NCBI GenBank assembly: GCA_964016885.1
Contig: OZ024743.1
Span: forward strand, 4,278,001-4,342,000
Direction: 5' to 3'
DNA: 64,000 bases
Source of the DNA: Eledone cirrhosa
Lineage: Eukaryota
Made by a program: the position numbers and the translations under genes. Shown here piece after piece: positions 1 to 14,045 of the stretch. The notes under the pieces were generated by a model, which did no database searches, was not told where the DNA came from, and saw nothing but the letters and a program-made list of their open reading frames with translations. Numbering within the stretch: position 1 is the first letter of the stretch; each line of letters begins with the position of its first letter.

Positions 1-450
1 TTAAGGACAAAATGAAAACACACACACACATAGAACAAACAACCAACCAGTAACGTGTAAATAAACAAATAAATAAATGAACATAAACACACACAGACAC
101 CCGGATGTGGCGCATGCTCAGACTGAGCACACAACACACACCCAGAAACAAAATGACGTAGGACAGACAAAGGAGAGGCACAGAAACAAAGAAAGGAATC
201 CTCAGTCACTGAAGTGGTCACAGAGTGTGTGACGAAAGAACTATGACGATATATAAACAACTATCTGGTTGTGGAACCAACCAACCAGAAATTTATAAAT
301 TTATAAATATATAAATATATAATAAATTGAAGTGAAAGCAACTGGTGCGTGTGTTTATTATTGGCAACATGACCCTCCCAAAGTATAACAATATCGGTTT
401 CAACACACGATTTCAGGTAAAGAATCTTGCTAAACAAATTCAGAAACGAA

Positions 451-451
<1 letters not shown>
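1..451 (+). mobile_element. Hammerhead-bearing repeat family A, copy 1 (cut by window edge), 3' end abuts (TA)n
   Basis: Near-identical to 24017-24476 and to the reverse complement of 14903-15245; ends ...cagaaacgaa then (TA)n. Confidence 0.8.
205..247 (+). ncRNA. Minimal type I hammerhead ribozyme, family A (A9>U, possibly inactive)
   Basis: GTCA-CTGAAGT-G-GTCAC..GTGAC-GAAA-GAAC-TA-TGAC. Confidence 0.6.
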
Positions 452-1369
<918 letters not shown>

Positions 1370-1668
1370 TACATGTGTCTGCATGTATCTGCGTATTTCT
1401 TTATATTGTTTATAACTCCCTATGGTAGAGTACCCATTGAAGTGTAGTGACTGCTGGAAAGCTATCATTACTTATACTTCTCGCCATCCTAGCCATCTCT
1501 TCTACGGCTTTGATATAAATATCCCCGCCGCCTTTGTGGTATTTTTTTCTTGGTTGTAAGAGGCTTAGCTCTGTTTCTTGACCGCTATATCACGTGATGG
1601 CTCCCCCTCCGCCTTTCGGGATTCTATCTAGCGTCCTACGGATGTGTTTTGAAACTCTTAATGAGGTA

Positions 1669-1762
1669 TCCTCTTGATAAGTCGACAAACCTCACAAAAA
1701 TTATTATATCTCTGTGATGTAGAGTTTTTGCATAATATGCCACGAAACTACGTAGTCGAGGA
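1669..1762 (+). ncRNA. Type I hammerhead ribozyme, U3-A8 core, long stem II insert (single-copy family G)
   Basis: Stem I TCCTC/GAGGA, core TTGATAA, GAAA, palindromic stem III ACTACGTAGT, GTC cleavage triplet ending 1757. Confidence 0.7.
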
Positions 1763-1840
1763 CTAATTAAGGAATTTGGGTATGGTATATCTTATTAATT
1801 ATATCTAAAGTTTCTTCTTTCTTTATAATATATATATATA

Positions 1841-1855
1841 TGTGTGTGTGTGTGT

Positions 1856-1943
<88 letters not shown>
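1841..1943. repeat. (TG)n microsatellite
   Basis: Directly visible. Confidence 0.97.
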
Positions 1944-1947
<4 letters not shown>

Positions 1948-2257
1948 CAATAGAATCGCTGTGGGAATTTTATGTGATGATCACGTCAAAGCTGCATCAG
2001 CAATTGTATAGAAATGCCAAATACTATTGTGTTTCAGAATCATTAATCAAACATCTGTGACATATTTTCCCACAGGACAATCACCATGAAGCTAATGCTT
2101 CCTACATGTAGATTTTGTAATTATGCGTTATGCTTTTTTGCAATATATTCATACGCCATACATCAATGATATATTGTGAAAAAAAATATCTCAAAGTATT
2201 GTGTATTACCAACGACACTGACAATATATATTTAGATGAATGGATTGGGAAGTTATA

Positions 2258-2345
2258 TATATATCATAAAACATGTCTATAAAATCACAAGATAAAATAT
2301 ATACCATTTCTCTTGTGATTTTATAGACATGTTTTATGATATATA
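2258..2345. repeat. Inverted repeat, ~35-bp arms
   Basis: tatcataaaacatgtctataaaatcacaaga / tcttgtgattttatagacatgttttatgata. Confidence 0.9.
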
Positions 2346-2439
2346 GCTCTGATTATTTAATTTATTAAATTTTCATTGAGCCACAATGTGACACGTTGCA
2401 AAACACGTATATGTATGTATATGTATATATATATGTAAA

Positions 2440-2485
<46 letters not shown>

Positions 2486-2647
2486 GTATAAATATTTAAT
2501 ATAGAAAAGGCTTCCACAGGACAAGAACTGTTTCATTCGGGAGAAATCATCATTGCGTTCCATCCAGCTTTTCTTATACCATTTTACATCGATATGTTTA
2601 GGCATGGGCTGACTTCTTGGCATTAATCATTTCTCTCTGCCGTCAAC

Positions 2648-2695
<48 letters not shown>

Positions 2696-2696
2696 A

Positions 2697-2727
<31 letters not shown>

Positions 2728-2812
2728 TATATAAATATACATATATATATATATGTACATATATCTATATCTATACATACATATATGTACACATATATAT
2801 ATATATATGTAC

Positions 2813-2866
<54 letters not shown>

Positions 2867-2937
2867 ATACATATATATATATATATATACATACATATAT
2901 ACATATATGTACATATATGTATATATGTATGTAATGC

Positions 2938-3073
2938 GTCCAGAATTAGCCGTCGAAACGGCTTGAGCTCAGCTGTCGGGGTCTTACTGGTTCCTATTAC
3001 CCACTCTACTACCTCAAGTATTGAGTACTTTGGTGCGTTATGGTCCACCTGGTTCCTTACCACATTTCCTTCG

Positions 3074-3076
<3 letters not shown>
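2938..3076 (+). mobile_element. Penelope pLTR 3' fragment (family B) with 3' half of the hammerhead
   Basis: Matches the reverse complement of 10076-10214; ends ttccttcgtta then (TA)n. Confidence 0.85.
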
Positions 3077-3164
<88 letters not shown>

Positions 3165-3427
3165 TACATATATATATATATATATATGTACATATATCTA
3201 TATCTATACATACATATATGTACATATATCTATATCTATACATACATATATGTACATATATATATATTAGAATTGGAGCTCTGAAATAGCAATATATATA
3301 TGGATGTATATATAATGTATTTTGCAATACACTTTATGCTTAATTAAAAGCATTTTGAAGACCGTAAGCTATTGTTTTAAAGTAGTGACAAATTCACTCA
3401 CTTTGATCTCAGCAAAGAGGGGAGATA

Positions 3428-3471
3428 AGCCGACAAAACTTGTTTCGCTTTGGTTGAAGCTTATCAAGGCC
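3428..3471 (-). ncRNA. Type I hammerhead ribozyme, family C, U3-A8 core
   Basis: Reverse complement reads GGCC-TTGATAA-GCTT..AAGC-GAAA-CAA..TTG-TC-GGCT. Confidence 0.8.
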
Positions 3472-3758
3472 AACTACCTCACCTGCTTACTGAGATCATT
3501 GATGTTATATTCTTATAGAAATCTAGTAAATAATCAGGAGCTGATTATGCAGAGCGGTTGTTGGTCAGGCAGAAATTAAAAATGTATTGCAAAATACATT
3601 ATATATACATCCATATATATATTGCTATTTCAGAGCTCCAATTCTAATTTTTAATTTCTGCCTGACCAACAACCGCTCTGCATAATCAGCTCCTGATTAT
3701 TTACTAGATTTCTATAAGAATATAACATCAATGATCTCAGTAAGCAGGTGGGGTAGTT

Positions 3759-3802
3759 GGCCTTGATAAGCTTCAACCAAAGCGAAACAAGTCTTGTCGG
3801 CT
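3759..3802 (+). ncRNA. Type I hammerhead ribozyme, family C, U3-A8 core
   Basis: GGCC-TTGATAA-GCTT-CAACCA-AAGC-GAAA-CAA-GTC-TTG-TC-GGCT; predicted cut after 3798. Confidence 0.8.
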
Positions 3803-3939
3803 TATCTCCCCTGTTTGCTGAGATCAAAGTGAGTGAATTTGTCACTACTTTAAAACAATAGCTTACGGTCTTCAAAATGCTTTTAATTAAGCATAAAGTG
3901 TATTGCAAAATACATTATATATACATATATATATATATA

Positions 3940-4002
<63 letters not shown>

Positions 4003-4882
4003 ATACAGATATTTCTGAATCGGACTTTATAGACGGCATTTTGTAATGTACATAAAATCGCAGCAAAGTTAATGTGATGAATATATCTATAATGCAACTC
4101 ATCCTACAGATTGAGAGAGAGCTCTTCCAATCTTATTCACTATGTTTATTCCTATAAACTTATTAGATCTAGTTCACTGTTTCTGGCATATGTAGTTGGT
4201 ACATCAAGCCTTTGTCTGGGCATTTCTTCGTAGATTGTTAAAAATTGTGAAAAAATTGTGAAAAATATAGATCTCGACAAAAATCGAAACTCGATTATTT
4301 TTCTCAATAAACGGAATAATATTCGATAAGCCTTGTTTCTATGTATATATATATATATATATATAAAGGTGTGGTTAAACATTTCATGCAGCTTCGGTTA
4401 AAAAAACTGTCAATGTTTTAACGTTTATCAATGCTAATGGGACGAACGTGTTATCTCTTCTCCCCAACCATTTAGTGTAATGGCTTATACATGTACTTTT
4501 ACCACAATACCTTACTTTCTTGTTCTTGCTTTTTTCTCCTTCCCTTGGGGGAGGGGGAGGCTCATGACTCTCCTGCTATAAGAGGCACCGTAAGACGTCA
4601 CATAAAATTCTATGTGTACTTATTGTAGCTTAATTGCTATAAATTAATGTTTTGTCTCTCGTCTCTTACTCTACTGGACATCGTCAGACATTCTGATATT
4701 GGGCGAACAAGCAATACCGTTGGTAGGGGTCGGAACTGCCAAAGTCCACGTCAACGGCTGATGGCCCTGGAGTTCTGTGTCCTTTGTTTGTATTTTTATT
4801 TTTAGAATAATATTTGTTTGAGGTTTCCCCAAATTGTTTTATGCTCGTTGTCATGTACTCTCTTCGTTAATTTTTTTACGTT

Positions 4883-4959
<77 letters not shown>

Positions 4960-7305
4960 TTAGAGGAGTAGAGAAAGAGAAAGAGAGGGCACGCAGACCT
5001 AATTTACCCAATCACCTGAAAACGCATGGATCTAGTACACTTAGTATTACTACGTTTACGAATATGTATTTTTATCGCTGCATTGAACCATCTAATGTAA
5101 GTGATGCTAAAGTTGCTTTCTGAATTTTCTGTTGATGTACCTTATACACCTATGATTAGACACTTATTTGAATGTTTTATCTAATCATCTAGGTAGCCAA
5201 TCATTTGTGTATATTCACGAATCTGCGTGGATCTAGCAATTAATAATCAGTATCATATTACATATTATGCTGTTGGGGGGGTATTTGCATTAATCATTAC
5301 GAATCATATTCACTAACTAATCTCAACCACCAGGGCATCTCATTTTCATGAAAAATATGAACAGCCTGATATTTGTCTGTCAGTATATCCGAGATATACG
5401 TTCTTTAGTAAGTCATTCCTTTACTCTCTCTATGTATATACTGAATAAATTCATTATATCACAAGCTTAGTAGTCAAAACCTGGTTTCTGTAGCGCTAGA
5501 AATAATGAAACACTTATTGAATCTATATCAGAGAAGCATTTCCAACAAAACTGGGGTCGATTTAATTGTATGTTTTATGATTGCTTGGTTTCGTGGTTGG
5601 TCTTGTTTTAATCTGGATTTATTTACTTTCAAGTTAAGGCAATTGACGATCTTAGTTTAACTCTAGTTTTTTTATTCATCATCTATCCATATGAGTTGTT
5701 TTTAGCCGAATCTCTACGACTGATAAACGGATCGATATTGTAGTGACGTCCATCGCATCCATAAGAACATTGAGCCAAATATCTGCAAAACGGATGTAAC
5801 GATCGATGACAATAAAAAAAGAACGTTCAAAGTGACATTTTGTCGTGTTAAACTTATTCACTGTTTTAGCAATGAGCGCTCATATTGGTAACTAATCTAG
5901 TAGTCAATAAAATGGCGGATTAACCAAAACTATACATATATTTGCTACTATATCAAGCGTTAAACTAATATATTTCCTCATTGTGCTGTGTTGTTACTTG
6001 TTTTCGTTTACTTTTTCCATATATGATATATAATGTTTAACAATGACAACAAAGGAGAAGACAAATAAGACAAGGTCTTGTGGTTAATTAAGTCATTGTT
6101 TCACGTTAAAATGTTATCAATATGGCGACTATTCGATAGCAGTTATGAAACTACATATGTTTACACTCGACAAAATACGTCCATTCTGTTCATCCTCAGA
6201 AACAATGTATTTTTAACTTTATGAAAAGATATAAAGACTACAGCTTAAAGGGCACCAGAGAAAAACAATGGAAAAGTAAATCAGGAAGAAATATACAGCT
6301 AATATATAAAAGAATAAAACTCCTTACACATACATAGAGACGTGCACACATATATTGATGGTTATAAATCAGATAAAGAGACCAATGGTGGTCAAATTTA
6401 GCTTTGAATAGTTGTTCACTGAGAAATTTCACCAACCCAATAGTGGTGTAGACATATCAAATATCTCCCACTCGTATATTGTATATATCAGATACGTACA
6501 AATGTTTCTTTGGTTGTTTGTTTAGATATATTTTGCAATGGCTGATTGCATTTTTTTTATTTTTTTTTTTTAGTTTTATTCCATTCCGCTGTGATAAAAT
6601 GTATCATGCTTCTCAAATCTTAACTATCAACTAGTGGCAATTTCCATCATATTGTCTTCTTTCTCATGTTTAAATTTGCTATCGTTTTTGTTGATTATCT
6701 CCTCTTTTGGATCATTGTCCAATACCAACCTTCTCCATATTTACTATTATTTCTTTTATTACTCTCAATCTATCTATCCAATTCATAAAAATAAACAATA
6801 CTTTCCGTATAAGTATGCTCTCCTAAAAGCGTGACACTTCTTCTTTCTCGCAACAAAATAGTATATTCCACTTCCGAGCTGCTCATACACACCATTAATG
6901 CCGCAGCAGTTCATCGCTAGTTTCCTCATACGTTGCAATTTATTTGATGATTTCAGTGAGCATCTATTTATATGAGGATTACGGCTGCATAACATCATAT
7001 TGAATGATTTCCTAACATATATCTCATACATTTATCCGATCTACGAACTTGCGGCAATAAGTTGAACTGTCATTTTCTACGTGCAAGCAGAATATTAACA
7101 GATTCCTCTGCTAATAAAACCTACTAATGCCAGAAACATTAAGAACACATGTTAAGAATTATAAGTAGGAAAGTAATAATAATCAACAGCAATAACACAA
7201 TAATAACAACCGCAACAACAACAACAATAACAACAACAACAACAATAATAATAATAGAAGTATTATTATTATTACAGTTGCAATTATTATTATTATTATT
7301 ATTAT

Positions 7306-7728
7306 TGGAGTCTCAGTCATTGATGTTATTCAACTGGAAAGTTTGTTCAAATGAACATCAAGCCGCTACCTGCAGCCTCAGATATTCAGGACGTATCGGA
7401 GGGTTCTTGCTGTTCCCAGCAAGCATGCCTTTTGAAGTATTCCAAAAAGCGGGGCGGTACCAATTTTCTTTAACCATCCTTGGAAACTCTTTGAGATAGT
7501 ACCTAGTGCGCCTATGACAATCAGGACCACTTTGACCTCATGGCAGTTCCAAATCCTTTTTACCTCCCACTTTAGGTCCTGGTATCGGTTATTTTTCTCC
7601 CTCTCCTTCTCTTGCACTCTCGTGTCGAATGGTCAGGCCACATCCACAATCAGGCACGATCTTTTTCCCCCTGTCCAAAACCACCAGGTCAGGTCTATTG
7701 TGTTCCAGTTTCTTGTCCGTCTGTATCC
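7306..7728 (-). mobile_element. 3' fragment of R4/Dong-like RLE retrotransposon (family R1), flanked by (TTA)n
   Basis: Encodes ...RYQDLKWEVKRIW...RTLRYVLNI plus the same 3' UTR as 34300-34720. Confidence 0.9.
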
Positions 7729-7772
<44 letters not shown>

Positions 7773-7775
7773 CAT

Positions 7776-7981
7776 GGCGGTGGATTGGCAGTATTGGTAG
7801 AGGGCCGGACGCCATGCTTTGATGCATAGAGTTACGGCCCTTGTCATTCTGAGTTCAAATCCCGCCGAGGTTAACTTTGCCTTTCATCCTTACGGGGTCG
7901 ATAAAATAAAGTACCAGTAATGCACTGGTTAATTGCTGGCCTTGTGCCAAAAGTAGAAACAATTATTATTATTATTATTAT
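7776..7981 (+). mobile_element. tRNA-derived SINE with Meta-like central domain and (ATT)n tail
   Basis: A-box-like TGGCAGTATTGG, B-box GAGTTCAAATCC, GCCTTTCATCCTTACGGGGTCGATAAA; several copies in window. Confidence 0.85.
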
Positions 7982-8749
7982 TGGCTATTTGTTTGTGCTC
8001 ACGTGATATTGTAGGCTCCCACAAATGTGTTGTTTTCCCATATTTAAATTGTTATTTTGTTGAAATATTTTGTTACGAAGGGGATATAAGGCAATTTGAA
8101 TATGCATCCTCAAATTCATTTATTAATTGGAAGCGACAACACCTTCTACATAAAGCCAGATTAGAGAAGAAATCATGTCACGTGACAACGTCTTGGAGTT
8201 GTCCACAATCCCACACATCTCCCACCTCCAGCACAGTCAATAACGTCACTATAGAGATCACTAACAAGGTCACCGTCACCACCACAAACAACAGCACCAG
8301 CAACTACAACGACAATGACAACAAAACAGCAGCCGTAGAAACAACGGCAAAAACAACAGCAACAACGAAAACGACATCAACAAAAACAGCATCAACAAAA
8401 ATAACACTGACAAAAGCAGCGAAAATAGAAGCAGCAACAGCAGAAACAACGGCAAAGACAACAACAAATCAAAAGCAACAACAGTTGTGAAAATCATGGA
8501 ACTATTCCATACAGAGTTAACCAGAGGTATAGGCAGCTACAGAAAAAACAACTTGCAGATGTATCGGCATCAAGTCCCAAATGCCTGAATTGGCCAACAA
8601 TCCCACGTGGAAGCAGCTCAGAAGAGCTTGAGGCCAGGCTTAAAACACGTTTGGGAGCATCTCAGTGTAAATATGTATTCTGTGGTCCCCAGTAAAATAG
8701 AACAATTAATTAACGTTCCCTTCTTTAATGGGAAGAAGGAAGGTGATGG

Positions 8750-9140
8750 CTGCATTACTGAGACCCGCCAGAATTAGATGTCTGGTGAATCCTAGCATGC
8801 TTCTTGATATCACTTCCAGGCCAGGGATTTCTGGAAGTTATCCATAGGCCCTGGATTAAATTTTCTCTGGAAAAAGTGGCTAATTGATTATCGACGACTC
8901 CCAGAGTTTCCCCAAGAACATTGTCATCTTTACCCACCACTAAAGATCAATAGAAAGCAAAGGTGGAATTTCCACTGATTGCACTGTTTGATTGACTGAG
9001 GGCTGTGAGAGGTTGAAGAAATTCTAGTTTCAAAGCGGTGCTTCTCGGTTGTTGCTTGACCCAGGACTGCAGCTCCGTCAAGGAGATGAGCTGTATAAAA
9101 CTGCCGCTAGCAAACACTGACTACACCTTTTACCATCTCC
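8750..9140 (-). mobile_element. Degenerate Tx1/L1-like ORF2 fragment
   Basis: GKDDNVLGETLGVVDNQLA resembles GKSDDVLGETLGVDENQLA of the 45522-46496 ORF. Confidence 0.75.
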
Positions 9141-9204
9141 CTATATATGTGCTTGTGTGAATGTGAATTCTTGTATAGACAACTACATTATATATATATA
9201 TATG

Positions 9205-9280
<76 letters not shown>

Positions 9281-9342
9281 TATAGACAACTACATTATAT
9301 ATATATATATATGGTATATATATATATGGTATATATATATAT

Positions 9343-9410
<68 letters not shown>

Positions 9411-9431
9411 AATGCTTGTATAGACAACTAC

Positions 9432-9516
<85 letters not shown>

Positions 9517-9519
<3 letters not shown>

Positions 9520-9732
9520 TTGCGAGGTTTTTTATATGAAATCGTGTGTCGAAACAGATATTGTTATATTTGGGGAGGGTCATATTTGCGTAATATTGCC
9601 AGAATTATTGAGTAAGTTAGATCGCAGATATATATATATAAAAGACAGCGAGAAGCGAAAACCAACCAAACAGTGAGTGTGTTCTGTTATTAATTCTGGC
9701 AATATTACGCAAATATGACCCTCCCCAAATAT

Positions 9733-9740
<8 letters not shown>
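9517..9740. repeat. Family A-related fragment with ~50-bp inverted arms, inside (TA)n
   Basis: 9558-9607 is the reverse complement of ~9690-9740; similar to 14940-14990. Confidence 0.7.
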
Positions 9741-9773
<33 letters not shown>

Positions 9774-9950
9774 ATATATATATGAAAGGTCTGACGACAT
9801 GGTGTGTTCTCTTACAGTGTACCTACGATTTATGATAATATTTTTTATATTATACAAATAGCGAGGTATAGGTAACCCACACACTATAGAAACAATTGTT
9901 ACCTAATATATTCTTTATACCCGCATCTCCATTTCATAAACTTCTTCTTC

Positions 9951-10030
<80 letters not shown>

Positions 10031-10169
10031 TATATATATATATATATTTATATATGGTATATATATATATATATATAACGAAGGAAATGTGGTAAGGAAC
10101 CAGGTGGACCATAACGCACCAAAGTACTCAATACTTGGGGTAGTAGAGTGGGTAATAGGAACCAGTAAG

Positions 10170-10263
10170 ACCCCGACGGCTGAGCTCAAACCGTTTCGAC
10201 GGCTAATTCTGGACTAAATGAAAATTTATCCTGGTATTTAAATAGCCGATCTTCTCAAGGGGT
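10170..10263 (-). ncRNA. Type I hammerhead ribozyme in the Penelope 3' pLTR (family B), U3-A8 core
   Basis: Inverted copy of 13259-13352. Confidence 0.82.
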
Positions 10264-11364
10264 AATTCCATATATGGTCAAAGTGATTGTCAAAAGTCAG
10301 TAGTAATTCTGTGATTGCAAATTAGTAGGGGAGATGGTGGCTAAACCTGCCAGTAGGAGAAAGAGGGGAGGGGGTGGAGTAGACCCAATCAAGCGTTGGT
10401 AGTGCCAGCTACAGCTGGGCATGAGGTCAAAGAAGATACTGGGGAGGGGGAGGGGGAGGAAGTCGGAACGGTAGGTAGAACAATGAGGGGTAAAAATATA
10501 TATGAAAGAAAAAATACTGAGAGTGAAGAAAAGCGAATAAGTGTAAAGAAAAAAGTAAAGCAAGTTCTACGACCTAAGTCTCAGGCTATTGTTAGGCTAG
10601 ATAAATAAATAAATAAATAAAGAAGTAAAGAAAGAAATAAAGAAATAACGAAATAAGTAAATGAACTAGGTAGGACGGATTAGGCAAGGACCCTTTTAAG
10701 AGTTATAAGTACGTAAATTGTACGGAGATGGGTCAACAAATGGGGCCAAAACACTAAAGAGACTACCACGAAATAAATAATAAAGGTTTCTATCCCGGGC
10801 ACAATGCCAGCAACCACCCAGTGCAGCAAAGTAAACTAGTACGAGATAATAATTCTGAGTCCCGAAAAAAATATATACTAATGCTAACTCTAAAAGATCT
10901 TAAACAAGCTACATGAAAGTTCGTACGAAGTAAAGGTAGAATACGGAAAAATAAATTCAGAATCCACCCCGCCCAAAAGAAAAGCGAATAAAGAAATACT
11001 GAAACGAGAAAATAAGGCATAAGTGCCACTAAGAAATATAGAAGGCACGGAGAATAGTGGGAGCGGTCGGAAAAAGGAGGCAAGTATCCGGGGTCTAAAC
11101 CAACTGCTATAAAAAGCGGAGTCCGCCAAATCTATCATAGACTAGGGGAGGGGGTGGGGGTACTAAGGCTACAAGGGGCCAAAGGGCAGCCTCGGGTGGG
11201 CGAGAAAAGACGCCGACAAAGAAGAAGAGCTGGGGTAGAAGGACTAAGGAGGGATGGGGGGAAGGAAATAAAGGCAGCGATAAAAGAATAAAGAGAAGAT
11301 CTTACGTCTCCCTTGGAAAGCAGGAGTTACCCATTGCGAAATCGGCAAGTGGGGTGTTATAGCC

Positions 11365-12480
11365 CTAGTCTACCCCCCCCCCCGGATCATTATGGGGTTT
11401 GAGGGTGAGGTAAGTCCTACGCAATCTATGTTTACATGCAGTAACCAGTTCATCTTTCTTGTTTAGGAGTTGGTCCGTCGAAAACAGCATTTGTAAAGTT
11501 TCCTCCGAGCATAAATTGCACGGACGCGACCTCCCGTGTAAGAATTGGCTCTGGACAGTAATCTCCAAGTGAGATCATAGGTGATGTTGTTGTCCTTGAG
11601 GTCCCATATGTGGCCCGAAAGTGTAGTGGCGTGACGCCGGGCCGGGTTTCGGAAGGTATGTCTATGTTGGTATAGCCGGGTCTTGAAGTCACATGCGGTA
11701 AGTCCTATATAGGCTTTGTTGGAGGTATCCGTCCTCACGTTGCACTGGTAGATCACATTACGGTCTCTGCATCTATTGTCGAGTGGGCAAATGGATCTAT
11801 CCGGACAGTTACACCTCCTGGTCGGTTCTCCACTGCTATTTAGGTTATTTCTGCCATCGGAGTTGAGTTTTTTGTTATTAGAGGAGACGATGTTTTGTGC
11901 GAAGTTTGGTGTAGTGCTGTAAGAGAGTTTGATGGTATTTTTGTTAATTATGTTGTGGTAGCGGTGTTGTAGTGGGAAGTGTTTTTCGATGAGCCTAAAG
12001 AATAGTTTCCCGATGGGAGTTGTCACCTCTGCGTTGTGGGGAGGATTGAACCATGTTACATTGCGTGAGCGGCGGTGTCTCCTGCTGGTTCCGTTAATGG
12101 GAGCTGGACAGTAGGATATTTCCTCCCGGAAACCACTCCGCTTGAGGGTCTGGTTGTAATAAGGCGCATGTTCATCGAATATCCGCTCATTAGCTGACAA
12201 ACGGGATATGCGGAGGGAGATGTTTTTGACCAGGTTGTTTGTGATGTTCCTAGGATGGTTTGATCGGCGGTGGATGTAGTGCAGGTTGTCATTAGGGTTC
12301 CTGTATGGGTAGTACAGGTCGTTTTCGAGGTCGAGGGTCACGTCCAGGAAGTTTACTCGGGTCAGGGACGTTTGTAGGGTTATTTTAAATCCCCAGTCGC
12401 GGAAGAAGCTGATTAGTTGTTTCCGGACCCGATCTGTACTAATGGGGTTGTACCCTTTAAGGGTAAGGAGCCCGTCAAGG
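11365..12480 (-). pseudogene. Penelope-like RT C-terminus, Cys linker and GIY-YIG endonuclease (truncated, frameshift near 11530)
   Basis: DGLL...VNFLDVTLD, WFNPP, CNCPDRSICPLDNRC, VIY..YIG.T..FK.R..H; continues in a second frame as CNLCSEE..LLNKKDELVTACKH. Confidence 0.9.
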
Positions 12481-13258
12481 CTATATTTCTTAGTGGCACT
12501 TATGCCTTATTTTCTCGTTTCAGTATTTCTTTCTTCGCTTTCCTTTTGGGCGGGGTGGATTCTGAATTTATTTTTCCGTATTCTACCTTTACTTCGTACG
12601 AACTTTCATGTAGCTTGTTTAAGATCTTTTAGAGTTAGCATTAGTATATATTTTTTTCGGGACTCAGAATTATTATCTCGTACTAGTTTACTTTGCTGCA
12701 CTGGGTGGTTGCTGGCATTGTGCCCGGGATAGAAACCTTTATTATTTATTTCGTGGTAGTCTCTTTAGTATTTTGGCCCCATTTGTTGACCCATCTCCGT
12801 ACAATTTACGTACTTATAACTCTTAAAAGGGTCCTTGCCTAATCCGTCCTACCTAGTTCATTTACTTATTTCGTTATTTCTTTATTTCTTTCTTTACTTC
12901 TTTCTTTATTTATTTATTTATCTAGCCTAACAATAGCCTGAGACTTAGGTCGTAGAACTTGCTTTACTTTTTTCTATACACTTATTCGCTTTTCTTCACT
13001 CTCAGTATTTTTTCTTTCATATATATTTTTACCCCTCATTGTTCTACCTACCGTTCCGACTTCCTACCCCTCCCCCTCCCCTGTATCTTCTTTGACCTCA
13101 TGCCCAGCTGTAGCTGGCACTACCAACGCTTGATTGGGTCTACTCCACCCCCTCCCCTCTTTCTCCTACTGGCAGGTTTAGCCACCATCTCCCCTACTAA
13201 TTTGCACTCACAGAATTACTACTGACTTTTGACAATCACTTTGACCATATATGGAATT

Positions 13259-13352
13259 ACCCCTTGAGAAGATCGGCTATTTAAATACCAGGATAAATTT
13301 TCATTTAGTCCAGAATTAGCCGTCGAAACGGTTTGAGCTCAGCCGTCGGGGT
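13259..13352 (+). ncRNA. Type I hammerhead ribozyme in the inverted pLTR (family B), U3-A8 core
   Basis: Stem I ACCCC/GGGGT, core TTGAGAA, stem II GA(T)CGGCTA/TAGCCGTC, GAAA, stem III ACGGTT/AGCCGT, GTC triplet ending 13347. Confidence 0.82.
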
Positions 13353-13365
13353 CTTACTGGTTCCT

Positions 13366-13607
13366 ATATATATATATATGGTATATATATATATTTATAT
13401 ATGGTATATATATATATATATATATGGTATATATATATATATATATATGGTATATATATATGGTATATATATATATTTATATATGGTATATATATATATA
13501 TATGTGTATATATATATGGTATATATATATATATATATATATATATGGTATATATATATATGGTATATAAATATATATATATATGGTATATATATATATA
13601 TATATAT

Positions 13608-13642
<35 letters not shown>

Positions 13643-13661
13643 TATATATATATATATATAT

Positions 13662-13722
<61 letters not shown>

Positions 13723-13785
13723 TATATATATATATATATATATAAGGTATATATATATATATGGTATATATATATATATTTATAT

Positions 13786-13820
<35 letters not shown>

Positions 13821-13964
13821 TATATATATATATATATGGTATATATATATATATGGTAATATATATATATATATATGCTATATATATATGGTATATATAT
13901 ATATATATATGCTATATATATATATATGGTATATATATATATATTTATATATATATATATATGT

Positions 13965-14040
<76 letters not shown>
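13366..14040. repeat. (TA)n with recurrent GGT interruptions, then (TG)n
   Basis: Directly visible. Confidence 0.97.

Positions 14041-14045
<5 letters not shown>

Larger units (their letters stand above)
3267..3925. mobile_element. Family C palindromic element: inverted arms plus internal tail copy, flanked by (TA)n
   Basis: 3305-3582 is the reverse complement of 3648-3925 with a few substitutions; 3583-3647 is an inverted copy of 3267-3329. Confidence 0.85.
10076..13365 (-). mobile_element. 5'-truncated Penelope-like element with ~880-bp inverted pLTR arms, both ends in (TA)n
   Basis: 12481-13365 is the reverse complement of ~10155-11041; RT/GIY-YIG ORF lies between; hammerhead in each arm. 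Confidence 0.92.

Noticed and set aside
3322-3908. Two near-identical 85-aa ORFs on opposite strands
   Set aside because: By-product of the family C palindrome; no recognisable domain
5679-5861. Possible minus-strand host exon after ttttgcag
   Set aside because: No recognisable protein motif or partner exons
6783-7031. ORF containing CCGING, reminiscent of the tetraspanin CCG motif
   Set aside because: Motif too short; no supporting transmembrane exons or splice pattern
7776-7870. tRNA gene
   Set aside because: A/B boxes belong to a SINE head; no full cloverleaf, and SINE body, tail and TSDs are present in family copies
7981-8490. Thr/Ala-rich 169-aa ORF
   Set aside because: Degenerate (ACA/GCA)n low-complexity sequence
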